Assembly: GCA_966243015.1 (NCBI GenBank)
Contig: CBIMES010000001.1
Coordinates: forward strand, 143,995-207,994
Length of the DNA: 64,000 bases
DNA from: an uncultured bacterium
Lineage (GTDB): Bacteria; Patescibacteriota; Minisyncoccia; Phycocordibacterales; UBA6065
Reading direction: 5' to 3'
Within the stretch, counting starts at the first letter, position 1. Each line of letters opens with the position of its first letter. The notes under the pieces were generated by a model. The model worked only from the letters and a program-made list of their open reading frames with translations. It was not told the origin of the DNA and made no database searches. Shown one piece after another: positions 28,431 to 36,439 of this stretch. Made by a program: the position numbers and the translations under genes.

Positions 28431-28760
28431 ATGAAAAATTTTGAAAAGCTCAAGTTATTTTCTTTCGTCATTGGGTTTTACTTGATTGGCATGGTTGCCC
28501 TATCCTGGGTGTTTGGGGGTTCTGTGGCGGGACTTTTTATGGCGGAACCACTTGCTCCTTTTGATACGGTGCTTGCATTGCCGTTTCTGGGCGGTTTCCA
28601 CGTCTTTATCATCACGGGCCTCGTCGTTATGATAAGTGAGATTATCCTTCGTAAGAAACCCTCAAGGGCGTTGACTATCTTTCTATACGGGATCTTTGTG
28701 CCGTTGGCTTATTTGATTCCGGCATGTCTTCTTTTTACCTCGGTTAAAGACAAATTCTAA
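28431..28760 (+). CDS. hypothetical membrane protein
   Basis: Three or four hydrophobic helices; start at MKNFEK. Confidence 0.4.
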   Translation: MKNFEKLKLFSFVIGFYLIGMVALSWVFGGSVAGLFMAEPLAPFDTVLALPFLGGFHVFIITGLVVMISEIILRKKPSRALTIFLYGIFVPLAYLIPACLLFTSVKDKF

Positions 28761-28833
28761 TTTCACTTTGCAAGCACCGTATCGAGGTCCCTGTCTTTGA
28801 TTGAGGATCTTTCTTCTTTGTTATACTGTCACC

Positions 28834-29502
28834 ATGTTCCAGAAAGATTCCCTCCACCACGCGTATTTCATTGAAGGAGAGCGGGCCGCGGTGCTCGCCG
28901 ACATCGAGGCGTTCCTGAGCGAGGCCTTCGGCATCGTGCGCCAGGGTCATCCTGACGTGCATTACGGCGAGTACGATTCGTTCGGCATCGACGACGGCCG
29001 CGGTCTTCAGGAGATGCAGGCGGTGCGGCCTGTGGCGGGTGACAGGAAGGTTTTTATTCTTTCCGTGGGCTCAATGACGGGGGAGGCTCAGAACTCGCTT
29101 CTCAAGGTCTTCGAGGAACCGACGCCGGGCACTCATTTCTTTGTCATTTCGACATCACGCAGGATACTCCTGCCGACCCTGCGCTCGCGCGTCATCATCA
29201 TCGCCCACGCCACCTCGAAGGAGGCGACGCTCGGTGCCGAGGCCAAGAAGTTTATTTCCTCTTCATATAAGGACCGTCTCGCTCAGGTGTCGGGCATGGT
29301 TGAGGAGAAGGACAAGGCGCTCGCCGAGGGATTCCTTCTTGCCGTCATTGACGAGCTGCGCGGTGACGGTTTGCGGGCTGTCTCGCCGGCGCGCGCCGTG
29401 GCGATCAGGGAGATCGTCTCGCTCGTGCCGTATCTCAAGGACCGCGCTCCGTCCGTGAAGCTCATTCTCGAGCGGGTGGCGTTGCTCGACTTTGATAAAT
29501 AA
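28834..29502 (+). CDS. holB: DNA polymerase III delta' subunit-like protein
   Basis: AAA+ clamp-loader-like motifs (GEAQNSLLKVFEEPTPGTHFFVIS, LLPTLRSR); a TATACT -10 box lies 6 nt upstream of the ATG. Confidence 0.7.
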   Translation: MFQKDSLHHAYFIEGERAAVLADIEAFLSEAFGIVRQGHPDVHYGEYDSFGIDDGRGLQEMQAVRPVAGDRKVFILSVGSMTGEAQNSLLKVFEEPTPGTHFFVISTSRRILLPTLRSRVIIIAHATSKEATLGAEAKKFISSSYKDRLAQVSGMVEEKDKALAEGFLLAVIDELRGDGLRAVSPARAVAIREIVSLVPYLKDRAPSVKLILERVALLDFDK

Positions 29503-29539
29503 TTGATTTTTTCCAGGGTCTTGTGGATTGTGCCTGTGA

Positions 29540-29545
29540 TATAAT
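29540..29545 (+). promoter_or_regulatory. extended -10 (TGaTATAAT) 6 nt upstream of the ATG of the giant gene; implies a leaderless transcript
   Basis: ctgTGaTATAATcacgatATG; no Shine-Dalgarno sequence is possible. Confidence 0.35.
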
Positions 29546-29551
29546 CACGAT

Positions 29552-32500
29552 ATGAAATTTAGGGTAGTGTCCTTTGTGCTTGTAGGAGCGTTACTCACAC
29601 TTGCGCCGCTTTTTTCTCATGCGCAGGAAAGGGGAGGCGCCTCTCTCTTCTTCTGCAAGGTGTTTTCGATTTTCACCAAAGCCGACTGTTCTCCGTCGGC
29701 TGATTCTGCCACCGCTGAAATTACCCAAGCCCCGTTGCTGCCGTCTCCGTCGGGCGAGGGGTCTAAGCCTTCCTCTGTCGTAACCAATGTTGCGGATTCG
29801 GATTCCCCGGCACGCGAGGTTTCGTCTGGCGTCGGCCCTTATCCCTCGCTGAGCCGTTCGGACGTTCAATCGATGATCGATTCCTCGATCGAGCGATTGC
29901 CCGCACCCACAACCGTGTCTCCCTCGGAGCCCTCGGTCCAGACGGTTGTCTATCGATCGTCCTCGGCCCAGGGCGACTCTATCGTGAGCGCCTCCGCCCG
30001 CATGGTTTCCGACCTTAGGGCCGACATCCAGGAAGGGAGGGTCTCTGTGCCTCTGTCAGCCGTGTCTGGTCAGTCTTCCGTGCTCTCGGGTGACGCTGAG
30101 CTCGCGAACGCTACCAGCACCACGTTCTTCTCGACCGTCGGGCGCTTTGCGACGGGTGTTGTGGACACCCTGTCCTCGGCGGTTGCGACTATAGCGAGTC
30201 TGTTCGTCGAGAATCTCACTGCCACCAACGCAACGTCTACCAATTCCGTTGTCACGGGAGGCCTGTCTGCCGGTTCCCTCAGCCTCGGCACCGCTCTCGC
30301 GGTGACAAGCGGAGGAACGGGTGCGTCTGACGCGTCTTCCGCGAGACTTAACCTTGGCTTGGCCTATGCCACGTCCTCGGACATATCGGCAACGCTTTTC
30401 AATAACATTGCCACATGGGGAGACAGTCTGACCGCAGGTGCTGGCGGCACACCCTACCCGACGCAGCTTGCCAGTCTTACGGGTGCTACCGTCTATAACG
30501 GGGGCGTCGGTGGCGAGACGAGCACTCAGATAAAGGCCCGAATGCTCGCCGCGACCGACAAACACGCCCATCCGACGATAATTTGGGCAGGAAGGAATAA
30601 TTACAGCTCTCCCGAAACCGTCAAAGCTGACATCGCCGAGATGGTTGCGGCTCTCGGGCACAATAATTATCTGATCATTGGCGTGATCAATGGCAATTAC
30701 CCGAGTGAGTATTCTGGGGGAGCGGGACACACGCTTATAACAAATCTTAACAGCGACCTGTCCGAAACGTATGGCTCCCGTTTCATCGACATGCGTCAGT
30801 ATCTTGTCTCGCTGTACGACTCGGGGATTCCGCAGGACGTTACTGACCATGACAATGACATCGTGCCGAGCTCTCTTCGTTCGGATAGTATCCATTTGAC
30901 CACGGCGGGTTATTTGGCGGTTGCGCAGAGAATATATCAGGATATCAGTGTCCTTAGGTCGGGAGCGACTGGATCGGTTGTAAATCCTCAGACTCTTCAG
31001 TATGCGTTTTCAAACCCGTTTCCCATCGGCGCAACTACTCGCGCCGGGGGTTACTTCAGCCAGGTGGGCGTGGGAACATCGACGCCCGCGCGAGCTCTTT
31101 CCGTTGTGGGCGGCGACGTGGAGATAGATCAATCAAGATTCTATTACGCAAAGGACGCCAGCGGTAACAGTGTGAGGGTCGCCGGTGTCTCGGGAAGCAA
31201 TCTGTTCTTGGGAGGAAGCTATGTCAGCAACCTGTATCTCGGCACGGGGTTCACGGGCCAGTCTCAGGCTCTTACGATTGCGAACGGTGGTTCCGTGGGA
31301 GTCGGAACGACCACTCCTTCTGCGAGGCTTTCCGTGACGGGCGCTGCTGGCAGCGGCGATATTTTCGCTGTTGCCTCGTCAACCAACGCTCGGCTTCTGA
31401 CGGTGACAAGCGCTGGTGCGCTCGGTGTTGGAACGAGTTCGCCCTCCGCACTCCTCTCTGTCTCTGGGTCTTCCGCGTTTGCGGGTCTCGCGACGTTTTC
31501 TTCCAATGTTTTCATGACGGGAGGAAGTCTGTACCTGCAGTCCTCTGGAGCTGGGTTCTATCTTCCCGGAAACGGAGGAATCGCGGGAAATAACGGGGCA
31601 ATCAATCTTACTGCTGCTGGCACTAATCAGAACATCACCCTCACGCCGAGCGGCACGGGAGCTGTTGGAATCGGCACCACCACGCCGTCAGCAAGGCTCG
31701 CCGTAACGGGAACCGCGGGAACGAGTGACATATTCGCGCTCGCGTCCTCGACGAACGCGAGGGTCCTCACGGTCAATAGCGCTGGAAACAGCTTCTTCGG
31801 TGGCAACATCTCGGCGACCGGAACTATTGCCTCAAACATGGGTTCTGGGAACGGACAGGCGCTCACGGTTATCACAGACGGAAGTACGAGGTATGCGAAC
31901 CTTGCCTTCAACGAGGTTGCGTCCAACAAGGCTTTGATTTCATGGATTGGTTCTGGCGCTGGGCTGGGCGCTCGAAACAACACCCTCGAGCTTGCGGCCG
32001 AGAATTCGGGTAGCGACATAGCGTTCAGGACTGGCGGGGCAACTAAAATGATCCTTACTGACGGTGGCCTGCTAGGCATAGGAACCACGACGCCGTCGAC
32101 CGCACTCGATGTGGTGGGTGTGGTGAACGCGTCTGGAGGTTACACCTATAACACGTCTAGCAGCGGATCGGGACTTACCGTGAACACCACGGCGAATACG
32201 ACATACAACAACATATCCTTCACCGAGAACTCGTCGCTTCGATCGCTCATATCGTGGATCGGCTCGAACGCGGGCCTCGGGACGAGGAACAACACCCTTG
32301 AGCTTTCCGCGGAGGCGTCTGGAGGTGATATAGCGCTCCGCGCGGGAAACGCGACGAGGCTGTTCGTGGACGCTGGTGGAAACGTTGGCGTGGGCACGCT
32401 CACCCCAGGGGCGAAGCTCGACGTGGGTGGATCGGTCAAGGCGACGTCATACGCGCGAGGTGTAGCGACCACGACGTCGCAGCTCGTGTTTGACGGAGAC

Positions 32501-32719
32501 TCTATGACCTTCGGATACGGCCTCACCACCCCATACCCGAACCTGGTAACCACGACCCATACGTTCAGCAGGTACAACACCGCTGTCTCTGGCCGAACCG
32601 TTCTCGACATGATACTCAACGCGACGACCAGCGTTGACGCAAGACTCTCCGACAGGGCCCGCGAGAACATCGTGGTCGTATGGGGGGGGGAATCAACAGT
32701 ATGGCGCTCGAGGGAATAA
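29552..32719 (+). CDS. giant secreted SGNH-esterase / tail-fibre-repeat protein, N-terminal 1,055 codons (frame interrupted in a G9 tract)
   Basis: Signal peptide; Ser/Pro-rich linker; SGNH domain 1 (block I NIATWGDSLTAGAGG, block V DSIHLT); at least five V/LG[IV]GTTTPSARLxVTG repeats; start of SGNH domain 2 (FDGDSMTFGYG). Terminates 29 nt after a G9 run. Confidence 0.8.
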   Translation: MKFRVVSFVLVGALLTLAPLFSHAQERGGASLFFCKVFSIFTKADCSPSADSATAEITQAPLLPSPSGEGSKPSSVVTNVADSDSPAREVSSGVGPYPSLSRSDVQSMIDSSIERLPAPTTVSPSEPSVQTVVYRSSSAQGDSIVSASARMVSDLRADIQEGRVSVPLSAVSGQSSVLSGDAELANATSTTFFSTVGRFATGVVDTLSSAVATIASLFVENLTATNATSTNSVVTGGLSAGSLSLGTALAVTSGGTGASDASSARLNLGLAYATSSDISATLFNNIATWGDSLTAGAGGTPYPTQLASLTGATVYNGGVGGETSTQIKARMLAATDKHAHPTIIWAGRNNYSSPETVKADIAEMVAALGHNNYLIIGVINGNYPSEYSGGAGHTLITNLNSDLSETYGSRFIDMRQYLVSLYDSGIPQDVTDHDNDIVPSSLRSDSIHLTTAGYLAVAQRIYQDISVLRSGATGSVVNPQTLQYAFSNPFPIGATTRAGGYFSQVGVGTSTPARALSVVGGDVEIDQSRFYYAKDASGNSVRVAGVSGSNLFLGGSYVSNLYLGTGFTGQSQALTIANGGSVGVGTTTPSARLSVTGAAGSGDIFAVASSTNARLLTVTSAGALGVGTSSPSALLSVSGSSAFAGLATFSSNVFMTGGSLYLQSSGAGFYLPGNGGIAGNNGAINLTAAGTNQNITLTPSGTGAVGIGTTTPSARLAVTGTAGTSDIFALASSTNARVLTVNSAGNSFFGGNISATGTIASNMGSGNGQALTVITDGSTRYANLAFNEVASNKALISWIGSGAGLGARNNTLELAAENSGSDIAFRTGGATKMILTDGGLLGIGTTTPSTALDVVGVVNASGGYTYNTSSSGSGLTVNTTANTTYNNISFTENSSLRSLISWIGSNAGLGTRNNTLELSAEASGGDIALRAGNATRLFVDAGGNVGVGTLTPGAKLDVGGSVKATSYARGVATTTSQLVFDGDSMTFGYGLTTPYPNLVTTTHTFSRYNTAVSGRTVLDMILNATTSVDARLSDRARENIVVVWGGESTVWRSRE

Positions 32720-34098
32720 CGCCGGTCGCAACGTATAACGAGCTGGTGGCGTATGCTCGAGAGCGAAGGGCGGCGGGATTCAAGGTGATCATAGGCACGA
32801 TGGTCTCTCGAACTGGCTCAAACGGCAACGGAACGTTCGACTCGCAGAAGAACACCTACAACGCGCTCATCAGGGCGAATTGGGCAAATTTCGCCGACGG
32901 CATAGCCGACCTCGCTGGCGATGCACGCCTCGGGGCAGACGGTGCGTACTCTAACTTGACGTATTTCCAGGCGGACGGAATTCATATCAATGACACGGGT
33001 GCGGCAATAGTGGCGGGAATCGTATCTACGGCGATTGATCGCCTGACGGAGGGGAACGTGAAGGACCTGAACGACCTGTACGTCACTGGGAAGATGGGTA
33101 TCGGCACGACGTCTCTATCTGAAAAGCTCTCTGTCGCTGGTAACATAATTGTTACCAACGGTTCACGAATATACGGCTTTGATTCGTCTGGTAATAAGGC
33201 TGTCATAGCTCAGATTGCCGCCGGGCTGAACGATCTCTATCTCGGCGGTAGCTACGTTGGCAACCTGTATCTTGGTACGGGTGCGGGGACTCAAAGGGTG
33301 ACTGTCACCAACGGCGGAAACGTTGGTATCGGCACCACCACCCCTTCCGCCCAGCTCACCACTTCGGGCACCGTCCGCTTCGCCTCGCTTGGCTCTGCGG
33401 GCGCGAACCTCATCACGGACTCGCTCGGCAACGTCACTGTTTCCTCTGACGAGAGGCTTAAGGACGTGCAGGGGGAATTCGCGAGGGGCCTCAGCGACAT
33501 TTCCAAGATTAAGCCGATCACGTACAAGTGGAACGCCGTGTCGGGCATGGAGACCTCCGGTCTCTATACGGGATTCTCTGCTCAGAACGTGCAGTCATCC
33601 ATACCCGAGGCAGTCGCGACAGACTCGCGAGGGTACCTTACCCTTTCCGACAGGCCGATTCTGGCGGCGGTCGTCAACGCCCTCAAGGAGCTTTCGGCAA
33701 AGGTTGACGGCATCATGTCCTCGAATTTCACCTATGTGAACGAGGCGTCGATCGGCGTCCTCAACGTCGGCAAGCTTAACATCCAGGGCGACATCTGCGT
33801 CGATAACGTGTGTATCACGAAAGAGCAGTTCAAGAGCATCTTCACGCAGAACGGCTCGACGGTGTACATGCCTCAGCCTGTGCAGGATACGTCTTCAGAG
33901 GCAGAGGGCCTCGTTCCCACCGAGACCGCCTCGAGCACCTCGGACGTTCCGGATACGTCGAGCGCGTCTTCGACGTCCGAGGAGGCGCCTTCCTCGGTCG
34001 ACGCCGAGGTCGCGTCTTCGACGCCTCCTGCGGAGGAGGTCGTTTCAGGGGATTCTGAGCCCCAGGAATCCGAGACCCCGGGCGCGCCCGTTGAATAA
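32680..34098 (+). CDS. giant secreted protein, C-terminal 472 codons (continuation in the -1 frame)
   Basis: Rest of SGNH domain 2 (GGINS block III-like, DGIHINDTG block V); more GIGTT repeats. Then the phage tail-spike intramolecular-chaperone (Peptidase_S74-like) domain (SSDERLKDVQGEF...ITYKWN...GFSAQNVQSSIPEAV...ILAAVVNALKELSAKVDG) and an S/T/E-rich tail. Confidence 0.8.
   Translation: MGGGINSMALEGITPVATYNELVAYARERRAAGFKVIIGTMVSRTGSNGNGTFDSQKNTYNALIRANWANFADGIADLAGDARLGADGAYSNLTYFQADGIHINDTGAAIVAGIVSTAIDRLTEGNVKDLNDLYVTGKMGIGTTSLSEKLSVAGNIIVTNGSRIYGFDSSGNKAVIAQIAAGLNDLYLGGSYVGNLYLGTGAGTQRVTVTNGGNVGIGTTTPSAQLTTSGTVRFASLGSAGANLITDSLGNVTVSSDERLKDVQGEFARGLSDISKIKPITYKWNAVSGMETSGLYTGFSAQNVQSSIPEAVATDSRGYLTLSDRPILAAVVNALKELSAKVDGIMSSNFTYVNEASIGVLNVGKLNIQGDICVDNVCITKEQFKSIFTQNGSTVYMPQPVQDTSSEAEGLVPTETASSTSDVPDTSSASSTSEEAPSSVDAEVASSTPPAEEVVSGDSEPQESETPGAPVE
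32682..32690 (+). repeat. G9 homopolymeric tract at the frame break of the giant gene
   Basis: tatGGGGGGGGGaatc; G7 or G10 would restore a single ORF reading VVVWGG(G)INSMALEG. Confidence 0.9.
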
Positions 34099-34107
34099 GA
34101 AGGTCTC

Positions 34108-34689
34108 ATGAATACTCAGAAAGGATTCACCCTCATCGAGCTCCTCGTCGTCATTGCCATCATCGCGCTTCTCTCGAGCGTGGTTTTATCGTCTCTTAAT
34201 ACGGCTCGCGCTAAATCCCGCGACGCGTTGCGCATGTCCCAGATGAATCAAGTGATGAGCGCCCTCGAGATGTATTACGCCAAATACGGCTCATACCCCT
34301 ATGGAAACAGTGGCTCGCTTAATACCGAGGGCGCGAGGAATAATTCGTGCAATAATGCGGGGTCGAGCCTGGGTGAGCCGATGGGCGAGTGGGATAACGT
34401 GATGCAGCTCCTCGTGAACGAGGGGTTCTTGGGCGGCATTCCGCGCGATCCGATCAATACGGGCTATGCGAGCACAGGGAACAGCAGGTGCTACAAGTAT
34501 TCCTCCTACACGGCTGATGACGGCCTGTACAGGCGCTGCAGCACAAACGCGGTCGGCGACAGGGATATCCCTATACGCAACTACGGCTACGTCCTTATGT
34601 TCTCCTCCGAGGCAACAACCTTCAAATACCCGCTTTCTGGTTGGCCAGTCAACATCTATACGTATTGCGTTCTTGGCCCTGCAAAATAG
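34108..34689 (+). CDS. type IV pilin-like protein
   Basis: N-terminus [24 protein letters not shown]; 193 aa; 10 nt downstream of the giant gene. Confidence 0.7.
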   Translation: MNTQKGFTLIELLVVIAIIALLSSVVLSSLNTARAKSRDALRMSQMNQVMSALEMYYAKYGSYPYGNSGSLNTEGARNNSCNNAGSSLGEPMGEWDNVMQLLVNEGFLGGIPRDPINTGYASTGNSRCYKYSSYTADDGLYRRCSTNAVGDRDIPIRNYGYVLMFSSEATTFKYPLSGWPVNIYTYCVLGPAK

Positions 34690-34736
34690 GGGGGAAATCT
34701 ATATGGGGAAGGGGTTTTATGCTATTATCTGCTCAT

Positions 34737-35288
34737 ATGCAATACAACTTCACCACACTCAAGACGAACCTTTCCGCTACCGAATCATGGCTTCAGAAGG
34801 AGCTTTCTACCGTTCGAACCGGTCAGGCGAACCCTTCGGTCCTCGACGGCGTGCGCGTAGAGGCCTACGGCTCTGACATGCCTCTTAACCAGGTCGCGGG
34901 TATTACCACTGAGGGCGCTCGAACCATCCGCATCGTCCCGTGGGACCAGTCGCTCGTGAAGGGTATCGAGAAGTCGATCACCGTCGCCAACCTTGGCCTC
35001 TCCGTCGCCGTTGACGACAAGGGCGTGCGCGTATCGTTCCCCGAGCTCACCGGCGAGCGCCGCGTCGAGATCGTGAAGATGGCGAAGGAGAAGCTTGAGC
35101 AGGCGAAGATTCAGGTAAGGAAGCATCGCGACGAGGTCAACTCCGACATCGACGCCAAGGAGAAGGAGGGCGGCATGAGCGAGGACGAGAAGTTCCGTTT
35201 CAAGGCCGACGCCCAGAAGCTCGTCGACGAGTCAAATAAAAAGCTCACTGAGCTCATGGACAGGAAGGAGAAGGAAATCCTCGGCTAG
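34737..35288 (+). CDS. frr: ribosome recycling factor
   Basis: LSTVRTGQANPSVLDGVRVEAYG...ERRVEIVKMAKEKLEQAKIQVRKHRDE; start at MQYNF by alignment to the RRF N-terminus. Confidence 0.9.
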   Translation: MQYNFTTLKTNLSATESWLQKELSTVRTGQANPSVLDGVRVEAYGSDMPLNQVAGITTEGARTIRIVPWDQSLVKGIEKSITVANLGLSVAVDDKGVRVSFPELTGERRVEIVKMAKEKLEQAKIQVRKHRDEVNSDIDAKEKEGGMSEDEKFRFKADAQKLVDESNKKLTELMDRKEKEILG

Positions 35289-35340
35289 TCTCGCTTGATC
35301 GCGCGGTCCGCGTGGCCGCACTTACATAAAACACATTCAC

Positions 35341-36432
35341 ATGTCCATCGTCCTCTTCTTCGTCATACTCGCCGTGCTCGTCCTCGTGCACGAGTTCGGC
35401 CACTTCTTCGCGGCAAAGCGCTTCGGCGTCCGCGTCGACGAGTTTGGCCTCGGCTTCCCGCCGAGAATCTGGGGCAAGAAGGTGGGGGAGACGGTCTATT
35501 CAATCAACGCAATTCCGTTCGGTGGCTTCGTGAAGATCTTCGGCGAGAATCCCGACGAGGAATCGATCAGTGGATCGGACAAGGGGCGCAGCTTCGTACA
35601 TATCGCCAAGTGGAAGCAGGTCGTCGTGCTCGCCTCAGGCGTGCTTATGAACATCGTCTTCGCCTGGCTCCTGTTCTCGATCGCCTACATGTCAGGCATG
35701 ACGACCATTGTCTCGGGCACCGACGCCAAGTACATTCAGGACGCGCACGTTATCATTCTCGACGCGCTGCCTCAGTCGCCGGCCGTCGCGGCCGGTTTCA
35801 GGGCGGGAGATCAGGTGAGGGCCTTCTCCTTTGCGGGTTCCACGACCACGGTTCCGACCGTCGAGCAGATTCAGGATGCAGTCAGGGGCTCCGCGGGAAA
35901 GCCCGTGACCTTCGAGGTCGACCGACCGGGCGAGAAGGTGTTCCTGACCGCTACTCCGGAGGCAACTGACGCCGGCGTCTACGCGATCGGCGTCTCTATG
36001 GATCAGGCGGGCAAGGTGGTTCTTCCCGCGCATCTCGCCGTCTGGGAGGGCGCAAAGCTCTCGGTCAGCATGTTCAAGGGTATCGCGCTTAATCTCTACA
36101 CTTTGGCCCATGACGCCATCGTCGGCGAGGCGGACTTCTCGCAGGTCTCTGGACCTGTCGGCATTGCCCGGCTCGTTGGCGACGCGGGTAAGCTTGGGGT
36201 CGTCTACCTACTCTCGTTCACGGCCTTTATCTCGCTCAACCTTGCCGTGCTCAACCTCGTGCCGTTTCCGGCGCTCGACGGAGGCCGCATCCTCTTCGTT
36301 CTCATCGAGGCGGTAAAGCGCTCGCCGATCAAGCCCGTCATCGCTAACTGGGCGAACACCATCGGCTTCGGGCTTCTCATCCTCCTCATGCTCTTCATCA
36401 CGTATCGGGACATCGTGAAGCTGTTCCGCTAA
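35341..36432 (+). CDS. rseP: RIP metalloprotease RseP (site-2 protease, M50)
   Basis: HEFGHFFAAK (HExxH), PDZ domain and LNLVPFPALDGG. Confidence 0.85.
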   Translation: MSIVLFFVILAVLVLVHEFGHFFAAKRFGVRVDEFGLGFPPRIWGKKVGETVYSINAIPFGGFVKIFGENPDEESISGSDKGRSFVHIAKWKQVVVLASGVLMNIVFAWLLFSIAYMSGMTTIVSGTDAKYIQDAHVIILDALPQSPAVAAGFRAGDQVRAFSFAGSTTTVPTVEQIQDAVRGSAGKPVTFEVDRPGEKVFLTATPEATDAGVYAIGVSMDQAGKVVLPAHLAVWEGAKLSVSMFKGIALNLYTLAHDAIVGEADFSQVSGPVGIARLVGDAGKLGVVYLLSFTAFISLNLAVLNLVPFPALDGGRILFVLIEAVKRSPIKPVIANWANTIGFGLLILLMLFITYRDIVKLFR

Positions 36433-36439
36433 GGTCCGC

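Noticed and set aside
31000-33400. Repetitive DNA (55-aa-unit repeats) that might suggest a CRISPR array or tandem-repeat locus
   Set aside because: The repeats are in-frame coding repeats (~70% nt identity) of the giant protein, not short identical direct repeats with unique spacers. No CRISPR array or cas gene is present in the window
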